Assembly (NCBI RefSeq): GCF_009914755.1
Contig: NC_060944.1
Reading direction: 5' to 3' (one strand)
From: the human T2T-CHM13v2.0 reference genome, Homo sapiens
Length of the DNA: 64,000 nt
The notes beneath the pieces were generated by a model that ran no database searches, had not been told where the DNA came from, and saw nothing but the letters and a program-made list of their open reading frames with translations. Positions 31,357 through 49,940 of this stretch are shown piece after piece. Both the position numbers and the translations under genes were made by a program. Each line of letters begins with the position of its first letter. The stretch's first letter is position 1.

Positions 31357-34300
31357 CAAGGAGACATCATGGCTGACTAGAGATACCCAACACTCACCTC
31401 TTTCACAAAGAAAGATCAAAACAGAGAGTGGACAACCACATATTGAATAGAGTGTGTAAGAGAAAACACTGGAATTCATCAGGGAAGTGACAGGAACCCT
31501 CTGAGGCACTGAAAGAAAGGGAAGTGAGCAGTTGCCCTGGCTGGGATCAGCTCAGTGCCAGGAAGAACTCCCCATTGTGGGAAAATGGTAAGCAAGAGAT
31601 TCACAGTGATGCACATTCTCACCATGGACACCTATAAGCCTAGCCACAGGAGAACCTCTTGGCCCTTACAGGCCATAAGCCTAGTATGGGAGCTGCCTAG
31701 AGTTCATGTGACTGCATCGTTTCAGGGAGAAAATTCACACTGGATCCCACTCACCTCTCAAGACCCAAGCTCCTTAAGGGAATTCTACATTTGGAAGTTA
31801 AGGGAAAATATCTACCATCATGAAAACACACAAAAGTGTAAACATCACTGGTGGAGCAGATAAACAAATGAAAAAGAGAAAGAAATATAATGTTGTCACT
31901 ACAGAAAACCACCAAATCACAAAAGTAACCAATAAGAGAGGAAGAAAAAACAAAGGATGTACAAGTCAATCAGAAACAAATAAGAAAATGACAGGAGTAC
32001 TTCCTCACCTATCAATTACGATCTTGAATGTAAACAGTTTACATATGCAGTTAAAAGATATAGACTGGCTGAATGGATAAAAAAGACAAGACACAATTAT
32101 ATGCTGCTTACAAGAAACTCACTTCACCTGTAAAGACACATAGATTGAAACTGAAGGGATGAAAAAAGATATTTTACCCAAATAGAAACCAAAAGCAGGT
32201 AGGATTAGCTATATTTGTATTAGATAAAATAGACTTTAAGTCAAAAAACCTAAAAAGAGATAAAATGGTCATAGTACTGGTATAAAAATAAACACACAGA
32301 CCAATGTAACAGAATAGAGACCACAGAAATAAAGCCAAATACTTACAGCCAACTGATCTTTGACATAGCAAACAAAAACATGTAAGTGGAGCAAGGACAC
32401 CTTATTCAACAAATTGTGCTGGGACAATTGGAAAGCCACATGTAGGGGAATGAGACTGGATCCTCAAATGAAAAAGGAGACATTACAACTGATACCACAG
32501 AAATACCAAGGATCATCATAGACTATGATGAACAATTATATGCTAACAAATTGTAAACCAAGAGGAAATAGATAAATGCCTGGACGTATACAACACACCA
32601 AGATTGAACTAGAAAGGAACAGAAAATCTGAACATACCAATAACAAGTAACAAGATTGAACCAGTAATAAAAAACTCTCCCAACAAAGAAAAGCCCAGGA
32701 CCAAACAGCTTTACTGCTAAATCCTACCAAACTTATAACAAACTAACACTAATTCTTCTTAAACTGCTCAAAAAAATTGAAGGGGAATTTTTACTAACTC
32801 ATTCTATGAGGCCAGCATTACCCTGATACCAAAACCAGACAAGGAAACAATAAAAAAGAAAACTGCAGGCAATACCCCTGACTAACATAGATGCAAAAAT
32901 CCTCAGCAAAATACTAGTAAGCTAAATCCAACAACACATCAAAAAGATAATACATCATGATCAAATAACATTTATTCTAGGGATGCAAGGATGGTTCAAC
33001 ACACACAAATCAATAAATGTGATACATCACAGCAGCAGAAGGAAAGACAAAAACCATATGATCATCTCAATAGATGCAGAAAAAAGGATTTGATAAAATT
33101 CAACATCCCTTCTAAATAAAACTTACTCTTAACAAATTAGGCACTGAAAGAACATACCTCAACATAATAAAGGCCATATATAACAAACCCACAGCTACTG
33201 AATGGGGAAAAGCAAAAGCCTTTCTTCCTTTATGCACTGGAACAAGGCAAAGATGCCCACTTTGACCACTCCTATTCATTATAGTAGTGGAAGTCTGAAT
33301 CAGAATGATCAAGCAGAAGAAAGAAATAAAAGATCCAAATTGGAAAAGAAAAAGTCAAATTGTCCCTCTTTGCAGATGATATGATCTTATATATAGAAAA
33401 AGACTAAAGACTCCACCAAAAACCTCTTAGAACTAATAAACAAATTCAGTAAAGTTGCAGGATGCAAAATCAACACTAAAATTAGTAGTATTTTTATACA
33501 CCAACAATAAATAGCTGAAGAACACATTTAAAAAGCAATCCCATTTTCAATAGCTATAAAAATAAAATAAAATAAAATATCTAGGAATACAGTTAACCAA
33601 GGAGGTGAAAAACCTCCACAATAAAAACTACAAAATACTGATGAAAGAAATTTAAGAGAATACAAAATAATGGAAAAACATCCTGTGCTCATGGATTATA
33701 AGAACTGATATTGTTAAAATGATCATACTACCCAAAACAATCCACAGATGCAATGCAATCCCTATCAAAATACCAATTATATTCTTCACAGACAGAAAAA
33801 AAAAATCCTAAAATTTGTATGGAACCACGAAAGATCCCAAATAGTCAAAGCAATGCTGAGCAAAAAAAACAAAGCTAGAGGTATCACACTACCTTACTTC
33901 AAAACATACTATAAAGCTGCAGTTACCAAGACAGCATGGTATTGGTATATAGACACATAAAAAAAATGAAACAGAATAGAAAACCCAGAAATAAATCTGT
34001 GTATTCACCTGACATTCAATAAAGGCCCCTAAAACATACATCAGAGAAAGGATATCTTATCAATAAATGGTGCCAGAATAATTGGATATCCATATGCAGA
34101 AGAATGAAACGACCTCTGTCTCTCACCATACACAACAATCACCTGAAAATGGATTAAAGACTTAAATGTAAGACCTGAAGCTATAAAACTACTGGAAGAA
34201 AATACAGAGGAACTGCTTCAGGGCATTGCTATAGCCATAGATTTTATGGATAAGACTTCAAAAGCACAGGCAACAAGGCAACAAAACAGACAAATAGGAC

Positions 34301-35452
34301 TATATTAAACTAAAAAACTACTGCACAGCAAAGAAAACAATCAGCAGAGTGAGGAGACAACTTGTAGAATGGGAGAAAAGTTTGCAAACTATTCACCCAA
34401 CAACGGTCTGATATTCAGAATATACAAGGAACTCACACAACTTAACAACCAAAAACAAATAACCCAATTTAAAAGTGGGCAAATTATCTAATTAGACATT
34501 TCTCAAAAGAAGGCATACAAATAAATGGCCGACAAATATATGAAAAGACGTTCAACATCACTAACCATGAGGAAATGCAAATCAAAACCACAATGAGATA
34601 TCTCACCCCAGTTAAGATTGGCTATTATCAAAGAGACAAAAAATAACAAATGCTGGCAAGGATGTGAAGAAAGGGAAATTCTTATACACTGTTGGTGGGA
34701 ATGTAAATTAGTAGAGCCATTATTGAAAGTAGTATAAAGACTTCTCTGAAAACTAAAAATAGAACTACCTTACAATCCAGCAATCCTACTACTGGGTATT
34801 TATCCAAAGGAAAGGAAATCAGTTTCTCAAAGGGATGCTCATGTTTATTGCAGCACTATTCACTATTGCAAAGGTATGGAATCAGCCTAAATGTCCATCA
34901 ACAGATGAATGAATAAAAAAATGTGGTATTATGTGCACAATAGAATACTACTCAGCCATTTAAAAAAAAAAAAAAAGAATGAAATCCTGTCATTTGCAGC
35001 AACATGGATGAGCCTGGAGGACATTGTTAAGTAAAATAAGTCAGGCGCAGAAAGACAAATACCACGTGTTCTTACATGTGGGAACTAAAAAAAAATGGAG
35101 CCCATAGAAGTAGAGACTTACGGTTATCAGAGGCTGGGAAGGGTAGGAGGGTAGGGAAGATACGGAGAAGTTGGTGAATGGTTACAAATTTCAGCTAGAT
35201 ATGAAAAATGAGTTCTGATGTTCCACAGCACTGTAGGGTGCATATGGTAAACTATAAGTTACTGCATTTTTCAAAAAGCTAGAAGAAAGAATTTTGAATG
35301 TTCCCAAAACAAAGAAATGATAAATGTTTGAAGTGCTGGATATCCTAATTACCCTGATTTGATCATTATACTTCATATGCCTGTTTCAAAATATCACTCT
35401 GTGCACCTTAAATACGTATAATTATTATGTGTCAACTAAAATTTTTTTTTAA
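31357..35452 (+). mobile_element. L1MA-like element with both ends but large internal deletions, inserted into an older L1
   Basis: 5'UTR-like start (catcatggctgactaga), degenerate ORF2 and L1MA-type 3'UTR. Flanked by TSD-like aaa(ta/gg)acatctac. Confidence 0.75.
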
Positions 35453-35562
35453 AAAGGACATCTACAAAAACAAAATGCTACAGCTAACATGCTTAATGAT
35501 GAAAGATTGAAGCCTTTCTCCCTAGATAGGGGTAGAAACAAGAATGTTTTCTCTCATCACTC

Positions 35563-39085
<3,523 letters not shown>

Positions 39086-39322
39086 CTCTCACCACTTTTA
39101 TTGAGTATAGTACTGGAAGTCCTAGCCAGGGCAATAAGGCTAGAAAAGGAAATAAAAGGCATACATATCAGAAAGAAAGAAATAAAACTATCTCTATTTG
39201 TAGATGACATAATAGCCTTTGTAGGAAATTCTACAGAATCTACAGAAGAGACTCTTAGAACTGATAAGTGAGTTCAGAATGGTGACAGACTACGTGATCA
39301 ACATGCAAAAAGTTAACTTTAA

Positions 39323-39625
<303 letters not shown>

Positions 39626-39797
39626 TAATTCTATATACTAGCAATAAACCCATGAAAACCAAAATTTAAAATATAATACCATTTAATTTGCTCAAAAATG
39701 AAATAGCTATAAATTTAACAAAACATATATAAGACTTGTATGCTGAAAACTGCAAACACTGATGAAAGAAATCAAAGAAGATTCAAATAAAGAGGAA

Positions 39798-40397
39798 TGT
39801 GTTAGTCAGCATTCTCCAGACAAACAGAACCAATAGGATACATATATCAATAGATGGATGAGATGGGATTTACTATGGGAATTGACTCACGTGATCATGG
39901 AGGCCGAGAAGTCCCGCGATATGCTGTCTGCAAGCTGGAGAACCAGAGAAGCTGGTGGAGTGGCTCGTTCTGCATTTGAAGGCCTGAGAACCAGGGGAGA
40001 TGTTGGCGTATCTGTCAGTCAGAGGCTGAAGGCCTCAGACTCTACAGAGGTAGAGATTGGGACTGGGTAATCTCATAGCACTGGTGTAAGTCTTGGAGTC
40101 CAGTGGCCAGATAACCTGGAGTTCTGATATCCAAGGGCAGGAGAAGATTGGTGTCCCAGCTCCTGAAGAAAGAGTGAATTCATCTTTCCTCTGCCTTTTT
40201 GTTCTATCCAGGCTCTTAACTGATTGAATGGTGCCCATCTTCATTAGATGAGGGCAGATCTTCCTTACTCAGTCCACTGATTCAGACACTAATCTCTTCC
40301 AGAAATACCCTCAGAGACACACCCAGAAATAATGTTTTGCCAGCTATCTGGCTATCCCTTAACCCACTCAAGTTGACACCTAAAGTTAACCATCACA
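39798..40397 (-). mobile_element. MLT2-type LTR
   Basis: tgtgttagtcagcattctccaga...aagttgacacctaaagttaaccatcaca. Confidence 0.8.
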
Positions 40398-41208
40398 GGG
40401 AGACATGCTATATCCATGGACTGTGAGCCTCAGCATAATAAAAATGTCAATTCTATCCAAACTGATATATAGGTTTAACACAATTTCTGTCAGAATTCTA
40501 GACATATTTTTGTAAATATATATGACTATTTTTAAATTTATATGAACAAAGGGAAAAAAAGAGAACTGAAAGAGTCAAAACAGAATAAAGTGGAAGGAAT
40601 CAATATACCTGATTTTAAGACATGATAAAGATGTAGTAATCAAAACTTTGTGATATTGGCAGAGGAACAGACACATAGATCGATGGTACAAAATAGAAAA
40701 CCTGGAAACAGCCCCGTACAAGTACAGACACTTGATTTTTCAAAGTAGCAAAAGCAATTCAATGGAGGAAGTATTGATTCCACAAGTGAAACAGTCTTTT
40801 CAACAAAAGGTGCTGGATATCCATAAACAAAAAATGAACCTCAACCGAAACCTCATACCATACATTATACAAAAATTATCTCAAAATAGATCGTAGGTTC
40901 AAAGATAAAACATAAAACTATAAAATGTTTAGGAGAAAATCTTCAGGATCTAAGGCTCGATGGCAGATTCTTAGACCTGACATCAAAAGCATGATCAATT
41001 TTAAAAATTGATAAGTTGGATTTCATCAAAATTTAAAACTTTCGCTCTCCAAAATACCATGTTAAGGATGAAAACAAAGCTACTGACCGGGTGAAAATAT
41101 TTGCAAACCACCCATCTGACAAAGGGTTCAAATCTAGGATATCTCTCTCAAAACTCAACAGTTAAAAACAACAAAACAAGACAAAAACTTCCATTACAAG
41201 TGGGTAAA

Positions 41209-41941
41209 GGTGGGAAAACTCAAACTGTTTTTCCTCTGCACTCATATAGCAACAATCAACACAGAAGACTTCTGTGACCAAATGTGGGAGATTTCTTCTC
41301 CACCAACAAGCAAGCAATCAATTCTGCAGCAGACACCAGCTGGGTGTCCTCAATCCAATTCTAATCTGATGCTATCTATCTGGAGGTAACGTCAGACACC
41401 ACGGGGATGAGCACTCAGTCCCATGGAACTTCTCCCCACTTCCAATGCCAATTGCAAGGAATGTGCTTCTGACTCACTGGCTATGAATCAGAGATCTCAC
41501 GACCTCTTCCTTGTGTTTAATTAATTTGCTAGAGCGGCCCACAGAACTCAGGGAAACACTTAAGTTTGCCAGTTTATTATAAAGGATATAGATGAAGAGA
41601 TGCATAGGGAGAGGAATGGGGAAGGGACACGGAGCTTCCATGACGTCCGCAGGTGCAGCACTTTTCAGGAACTTGTATGTGTTCAGCTGTCCAGAAGCTC
41701 TCTGAACCCAGTCCTTTTGGGTTTTTACAGAAGCTTCATTATGTAGGCATAATTGATTAAATCGTTTAATCGACTTACTCTTCAGGTGACCAGTCGCCAT
41801 CCTGAAGCTACGGAGGTGCTCCCAGCCATCAGTCAATTCATTAAGACACAAAAAGACATCTCTTTGGAGAGTCTAAGGATTTTAGGGGTTGTTTGGCAGG
41901 AAACAGGGTTGAAGACCAAATATATATTTCACAATATCACA
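41209..41941. mobile_element. MER21-like LTR
   Basis: gggaaaactcaaactgtttttcctct...tttcacaatatcaca. Confidence 0.6.
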
Positions 41942-42754
41942 ATGGGTGAAAGACATAAAGAGACATTTTATCAACAAGGATATATAGATAGAAAATAAAC
42001 ACATAAAAGATGCTTACATCGCTAACCATCAGGAAAATGCAAATTAAGATCATAATGAGATATTATTACTATGTACCTAATAGAACAGTTATAGTAAAAC
42101 ATAGTGACAATATCAAATGCTGGCTAGGATGCGGGGAAACTGAATATCTAATACATTGAAAATGGGAATGTAAAATAATACACCCACTCTATAAAACTGG
42201 TTGTCAACTTCTTAAAAAGAACTAAGCATACACTCACTATACTACATGAACCAGCAATTGCCCTCCCATGCATTTGTCCCAGAAAAATGAAAACTTATGT
42301 ACACACAAAAAACCGTGCACAAATGTTTGTAGCAGATTTATTTGTAACAGCAAAACACTGGAAACAACCAGTGTAAGACAAACTTGTCTTACAAGTGAAT
42401 GGCTAAACAAACAGTATGCATCCATACAATAAAATAACACTCAGCAATAAAAAAATAAATTATTTATATATGCAACAACTTGTAAGGATCTCAAAGGCAT
42501 TATGTTGAGTGAAAAATCAAACTCAAAATGTTACATACTGTATGATCCCATTTATATAACATTGTCAAAATTACAGAGATATAGAAGAGGTTAGCATTTG
42601 CCAGAGACTTAGTATGGTGAGGGTGGGTGTCACTATAATGAGGTAGCACCAGGGAGACCTTTATGGTTATGGAATTGTCTGTATTTTGACTATAGTGGTG
42701 ATTACACAAACATACACAGGAGAGACTGAACATAAGCAAAAGCTAGGAATATTA

Positions 42755-43102
<348 letters not shown>

Positions 43103-43515
43103 TTATTACAATATAGACATCGACTCTTAAATTATCCCAAATTATGATATAATCATATTCAGTTGATGGGGAATAGAAAGTGTTCACGTGTGGCATTAAG
43201 TCAGCAATGGTGGAGCATTATATTACCATCTGTAATTGTGGGAAGTCAAAAGTAACGCCTAATACTGAAAAATGAAGAAGTGGCAATATGAACATGTTAT
43301 ATGAGATATGGCAGTAAAAGTCTAAGATAATCTATTAAAAATTGAGAATAGTTGCTTCTGGGAGATAGAATATGGTTGGATGTTAGGGAGACTCCAATTT
43401 TTATATGTAAAACTTATATAACTATTTATTTGACTCTTAGTGTGTACATGTAACTTTGAGAAAGATAAACACTAATTTAGATCATTACACGAATGTTATA
43501 GGAGTTACACACAAA

Positions 43516-43857
<342 letters not shown>

Positions 43858-44314
43858 TCATAAGCTTTCCAGCTCTAAGATTGATGTTCAAAACTCAATT
43901 GCAATCCTATTCAGTAGTCAACAACCACTGAAAAAAGTAATAATAAATTTTAAAGATTCCATAAACTAGAATATATTAAAGGCGTCTCTAACTAACGATG
44001 CAAAAGACCATTATAGAGAAAAAAACTGTAAAATTGTAAACTGAACTTCATAAAAGAAAACCTAAATAAATAGAGGTATACCATGCCCATAAATGGGAAG
44101 TCTCAATACTGGAAAAATGTAAATGTCTCCAAAATAATATATGAATTCCATGGAATCAATTAATAAATCTAAAAGGATTTTTCATGAAAGTTGATAAAGT
44201 GAGTCTAAAATGCATTTAAGCCAAGAATAGTCACAACAATTTTGGATAAGAAAAGGTGAGATGACTTGCCCAAAAGATATCAAAACTTACTGTGGAGCTA
44301 TGCTAGGCCAGGCA

Positions 44315-45060
44315 CAAGCATACCTCGGAGATATTGCAGGGGAATGTTGTGGCTAGTTTGATCATCTCTCGAGACCACTAAAATTTTCTCCTTATCAGCA
44401 ATAAGACTGTGTTGCTTTCTTATCAGTCATGTGCTCACTGGAGTAGTATTTTTAATCTCCTTCAAAAACTTTTCCTTGGCATTCACAGCTGGCTGAGTGT
44501 CTGGTGCAAGAAGCCTAGCTTTCAGCCTGTCTCAGCTTTGGGCAAGCCTTTTTTTACTAAGCTTCATCATTTCTAGATTTGATTTAAAGTGAGCGATTTG
44601 CAACTCTCGCTTTCACTTGAGCACTTAGAGGCCGTTGCAGGGTTATTAATTGGCCTAATTTCAGGCCAATGCCTCTCCCTGTGCCTCAGGCTAAGTAGGG
44701 AGGCCTGAGGAGAGGGAGCAAGACGGGGGAACGGCCAGTAGGTGGAGCAGTCAGAACACACAAGACATTTTCCATCAAGTGTGCTGTTTCATAAGGACAC
44801 GGTTCGCGGAGCCACAAGACCATTACAATAATCACATCAAAGATCACTAATCACAGATCCTCAGATCAGATATAATAATTATTAAAATTTGAAATATTGC
44901 AAGAATTACCAAAATGTGACAGAGACACGGAGTGGGCACATGCTGTTGGAAACATGGCACCAATAGACTTGCTCAATGCAGGGTTGCCACAAACCGTCAA
45001 TTTGTGAAAAACGCAGTGTCTGTGAAGTGCAATAAAGTGAAGCACAATTTAATTTGCCTG
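44315..45060. mobile_element. Tigger1 internally deleted copy
   Basis: TIR-like ca(a)gcatacctcggagatattgc at the left end and ...aataaagtgaagcacaat...gcctg at the right end. Confidence 0.75.
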
Positions 45061-45294
45061 TATTGACAGAGAGCTAGACAAGTAGATCAGTGGAACACAG
45101 AGCTCATCGAAGGAACCACAGATCTATAGACACTCGCTATATAGCAAAGCTGGCAGTGGATATCAGGGGGTGCTGGATAATTAATCCTTCCAGAGAAAAG
45201 ATAAGATTCCTATCATCTATAAAAAAATAAGATTCCTACCATCTATAATGCATACACACACGTGTGCACACACACCAGCAGAAAAATATAACAA

Positions 45295-45440
45295 GATGTG
45301 ATGGTGTGCGCCTGTAATCCCAGCTCTTTGGGAGGCTGAGGCAGGAGAATTACTAGAACCTGGGAGGCGGAGGTTGCAGTGAACCTAGATCGTGCCACTG
45401 CACCCCAGCCTGGGCGATGGAGTGAGACTCCGTCTCTGTC
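45295..45440 (+). mobile_element. Alu right-arm fragment
   Basis: Alu consensus. Confidence 0.8.
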
Positions 45441-46084
45441 TCAGCCAGTGTCCAGAAGAGCTTTTCCCAAGTTTTCTTCTTTTTATAGTTCCAGATCTTA
45501 CATTTAAGTCTTAAAAAGATAAATTTAATAAAAGTGCACAAGGTTTATATTAAAAACAAAGCTGTTTGTAAATGACATAAAAGACAACATGAAAAAATAT
45601 AAAAATATACAGTGATCCTGAAAAAGAAGCCCCAATATTTATACCACTGTATGTATAATATAGGAATACTCTGGCTGTGTACATCCAATTCCCTCTCCCA
45701 GCCTTTGTGCCATTGTATCAGGTATTATATGATATTAATGCGTTATTATCATAATATCCACACTGCGTTATTATTTTTAGCTTTAAACATTCACTTATCA
45801 TCTATAGATTTTGTTTAAATGTCTTTTAAATTTATGCATCTATTTACTTTTTCTGTTCTTCATTCTTGTGTATGGATCCAGATTTACATCTGGTGTCATT
45901 TTCTTTGTGCCTGAAGGGTGTCCACTAGTATTTCTTATAATTCAAGTCTGCTGGTGATGATTTCTTTTGCTTTTGTTTGATTTTAAAATACATTAATATC
46001 GGAATAGAAGAAAGGAAAACTCCTTAACTCTTTAACTTCCTAAAAGGTATCTATTTAAAAAATGCAATAAACATTCAAAAATAT

Positions 46085-46384
46085 TATATATATATGTGTA
46101 TATATATATGTGTATACATATATGTGTATATATATGTGTATACATATATGTGTATATATATGTGTATACATATATGTGTATATATATGTGTATACATATA
46201 TGTGTATATATATGTGTATACATATATGTGTATATATATGTGTATACATATATGTGTATATATATGTGTATACATATATGTGTATATATATGTGTATATA
46301 TATATGTGTATATATATGTGTATATATATATGTGTATATATATATGTGTATATATATGTGTGTGTATATATATGTGTATATATA

Positions 46385-46436
<52 letters not shown>
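46085..46436. repeat. (TA/TG)n compound microsatellite with a 26-bp higher-order period
   Basis: tgtgtatacatata + tgtgtatatata repeated, ending in pure (TA)n. Confidence 0.95.
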
Positions 46437-46437
<1 letters not shown>

Positions 46438-47184
46438 CGAGATGAAAGGGATAAATGGAAAGAGTAAAACTTAAGCAACAATTGGAAATTTTTTTTGTGT
46501 AACAAAAGCTCCCAAATCATACCAATACTGCAGCTTTGTGCACCAAGCTAGAGGAACAAGGCAGACTCTCCCACACATGCCCAGGGAAACAAATAAAAGA
46601 ATGTTTGTTGCAAAGTTGTACTAGCAAAACACTGAATGAAGCTTCAAAATCTGTCTTGAGAAGAATTGATAAATTGTGGCATATTCTTACAATAGAAGAC
46701 CACAGAACAGTGGAAAATTAATAAAATGTAGCTCCATATATCAACAGAAATAAACCTCACAAACTGTGTTAAGCATAAAAAATAAAGTTCCAGATTGCTG
46801 TGTACAGTGTCAAAGCATCTATATAATGTTAAAATATGAAAAGTAATACTATACATTGCTTAAGGATTCATACATATGTTATAAAGTTATAAAACCATGC
46901 TTGAGAATGATAAATTCAGAACAGTGTTTTGTTTTTTGTTTTTTGTTTTTAAAGAACTGAAGATCATAATGACAAATGTTACTGTTTTTAAAAGATAGGA
47001 TGTTAGGTCCATGGGTATTGTTTGTATTTTTTCTGTACATTTCAGAAGAGAAAAATGCTTATGCAACTTCCCAGTGATTTCAAAATATATGTGTGTTAAA
47101 ATGAAATCATATTTTCAAAAGCCCCGCACAAAAGTAAAAACTGCTCTGAAAATTAAGGATTGTTCATGACCAGGGGCAGAATGG

Positions 47185-47480
47185 AAACTTCTTTTCTTGA
47201 GCAGTTTAATTCTCTTGGTTGGAAGCAGGGCCAATCTGAAGCTCAGTACATCAGGGTCAAGACATCCCTGGAGTCCTCATGAAGAAAACTCGTCCCTGAC
47301 TCAGCTCCAAAGCTCTGAGGGAAGGAACACCAGGAGGGTGTGCGGAAGGGAGCGTGTCCGCGATGGGGGTGGCAGGGACGGAATAAAGGGGTCTTTAGTG
47401 ACCTATAAGTCCTTGCAGCCTCTCCCCACTTGAACCCCTTGGAGAGGGCTGGAGGTAATGTATCACAGGGCATGCAGGGG
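47185..47480 (-). other. Putative non-coding terminal (3'UTR) exon of the SIRP-like gene
   Basis: Strong acceptor ttttttttctctacag| at 47481 and ATTAAA on the minus strand at 47205-47210. Would pair with the donor just after the TM-exon stop. Confidence 0.55.
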
Positions 47481-48105
47481 CTGTAGAGAAAAAAAAATCA
47501 TTCATTCATGTGTTTGTTTATTCATGTATTAATTTCACAAATATTTATTGAGCACCTACTATATGGCAGGTATTCTGCTTAGTCTGGATTCGTGGCACAG
47601 ATCAGAAATAAAGCCCCTACTCATTACACCCCAATGCCACTTTCTGGGTTCTAAACTCTCTCCCATACCCACATTCATCTTTGCCACTAGTCAGAACCTC
47701 CAAGTCCCTTGAATAGGTTCTATTCATTGATTTTAGCAATACTTTCCTTATGCATCCCCAAAATATATCATATGAAAACTGAAACATGTAACAGTGTATT
47801 GGGGGACTCTGGAGTTTGGGTCTCAACATTCATACCACTACCACACCTTGGACCCCCTCCTCCCATCTCCAGGGTCCCAAAGAATGGAATTTGAAACCTT
47901 TCCACCTCCAGGGCACTACACAATGCACGGATCTGAAAGACTCTAGGAATCGCAAAAAACATTTGGAGAAAATAAAGAGTGTTCCCAACCTTCCCTTGAG
48001 GCTGGATCACTCTTGAGGGCCCCAGTGACTTTGTTGGGCTTGCCCTGTAGGCCTCTTGCCAGCCTGTCACCCAGTACCGAAGACTAAAGCCTATCCTATG
48101 TTCAC

Positions 48106-48215
48106 CTGTCACAGGTTCCACCTCCTGCAGATGTAGGTCACTGTGAAACTCATCACCAGCAGCACCCTGAGGCCCAGGAGGAAAACCACAAAGACAAGGG
48201 CAGGCATCTCTGGGC
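48106..48215 (-). pseudogene. Exon 6: transmembrane segment and short tail GPEMPALVFVVFLLGLRVLLVMSFTVTYICRRWNL*
   Basis: In frame with exon 5 (phase 1). Hydrophobic run with Arg (AGG, 48166-48168) at the position of the SIRPB1 TM Lys (LLLGPKLLLV). Stop at 48109-48111, then CAG|gtgaac donor. The acceptor is a weak gag|. Confidence 0.85.
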
Positions 48216-49263
48216 CTCAATGCCAAAGGATAGAAGGAGCCGTCACGTGGAGGCTCTGTGAGTTTAAAAGCCCTCTCTGAGGTCATGTAGTCAAGAAGTT
48301 CTAGAGCTTGCAGGTTGCACCTGATTCTGATTCCAAACCCATGTCTTCTCTCCACATTTAGTCCTCTCTTGGAAATAAGAGTTGACCTTGACCTGTAAGC
48401 CTCACCTTGAATTTGGCTCAAATGCTGATTTGAATATCTGACACATAGCAGCCACTGTGCAAGGCTTTAGAGGCACAAACCTAAGTATAATATAATCAGC
48501 TCCATGTCCCGAAGGCCTGTGGTCATTTAATATAACTTTGCTACCATCTTAAGAGTTTGGTATCATTAGGACCATTTTCTAGATGAGTAAACTGAGGTTA
48601 TGGGAAGGTAATGGACTCAGTTGCCTAAGTTTCCAAAGTTGTAACTACTGGAAACTAAATTTTAAAATAATCTTACCTGAATTCAAATAATAGGTATCAA
48701 TAGCTGACATTTATTATAGACCATACGTAAAGTTTACATGTATTAATTCATTTAATCTTCATAAAGACAATGAATTAGGAACATTTATTAGACACTATCT
48801 ACAGATGAACAGACTGAAGCACACAGGGGTGAAGTGCCTGTGCAAGAATCAAGTGGAAGAGGCTGTTCTATCATTGGAGCAGACATCATGCAAGCAGGTT
48901 TTATGTGCACTCAAGCTCGCCTCCATATAACCGAAACAAATATTTTAAACAAGACAGCCTTGCTGACAACCATCTGAGAAGCACCAGTAGTGAGTGCACT
49001 AAGCTGAACTCTCTCTTGGGAATTTTGAAGGAGCTTGAGCCAGGAGATCACTCTTTCCACAGAAATTAAAGAACCTTTCAGGATGGCCAGATTTAAAGGC
49101 ATCCACTGGCCAGAAACCATTCTGGTTATTTAAGGAATCACAGACTCTCGAGTGGGATAAGACCTCATTGATTATCAAGCTCCCCCTCCTCCCAGTACCT
49201 TCTGAAATCCACTCAGGATACAGAAGTGACCCCAGGTGCTCACAGAAGAAGAAGTGAACTTAC

Positions 49264-49590
49264 CTGTGCTCCCAATGGGCTTATAAGCGGTGTGGGCTGC
49301 TGTGGACAGTACGAGGTTAGCCCGTTTGGGAGGCTGTCCCTCATGTTCCATCATGCAGGTGAGCACCCGCTCAGGCCCCTGCACTGATGCATTCACCAGC
49401 AGCAGCTTTTCCAGGGTGTAGGACCTATCATTATTCTTCTTTAATGTGGGTTGCTCAGTGCCTTTGAGTGTATGGCAGTCCTCTAGCCAGGCAAGGTGCA
49501 CGTTTTGTGGATAGAATCTCTGCACGAGGCAAGTAACAGCCACCAAGCTGGAGGAGGTGGAAGACTGGGACACTGTCACTGTAGGGGGAA
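49264..49590 (-). pseudogene. Exon 5: Ig-C1 domain (second D3-like), intact
   Basis: Acceptor gctttgtcag|TT, 327 nt. VPPTVTV...VTCLVQRFYPQNVHLAWLE...SYT...LLVNAS...LTCMMEHEGQP closely parallels SIRPA D3 (VPPTLEV...TCQVRKFYPQ...LTCQVEHDGQP). Donor G|gtaagt. Confidence 0.92.
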
Positions 49591-49790
49591 CTGACAAAGC
49601 CCAGAGAAAGCAAACAATTATTGTGGGAAGCCATCTGTAGGTGCCTGGGAGCTCCCTGAGGATGAAGTCATCTGCCTAGGGCCTAACCAGAGCCTGCCAC
49701 AGAGGAATACTTTAGGTATTGGTTAACAAATGCACACATAAGGAAATGCATGATTGAATGACAGCGTAAATTCATGAGTGAATGCATGCC

Positions 49791-49940
49791 TGGATGGATG
49801 GATGGATGGATGGATGGATGGATGGATGGATGGATGGATCGATGGATAGATAGATGGATGGGTGGGTGGATGGATGAGCGGATGGATGGATAGATGGATG
49901 GATGGGTGGGTGGATGGATGAGTGGATGGATGGATGGGAT
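49791..49940. repeat. (GGAT)n tetranucleotide repeat
   Basis: Read directly from the sequence. Confidence 0.95.

Noticed and set aside
46032-46520. Multiple Y/I/H/C/V-rich ORFs
   Set aside because: Translations of the TA/TG microsatellite.
47768-48421. 217-aa minus-strand ORF
   Set aside because: No recognisable homology. The meaningful TM exon inside it is in a different frame.
48911-49120. Alternative TM-exon candidate
   Set aside because: Poor hydrophobic run and no SIRP-like TM pattern. The exon at 48106-48215 fits far better.
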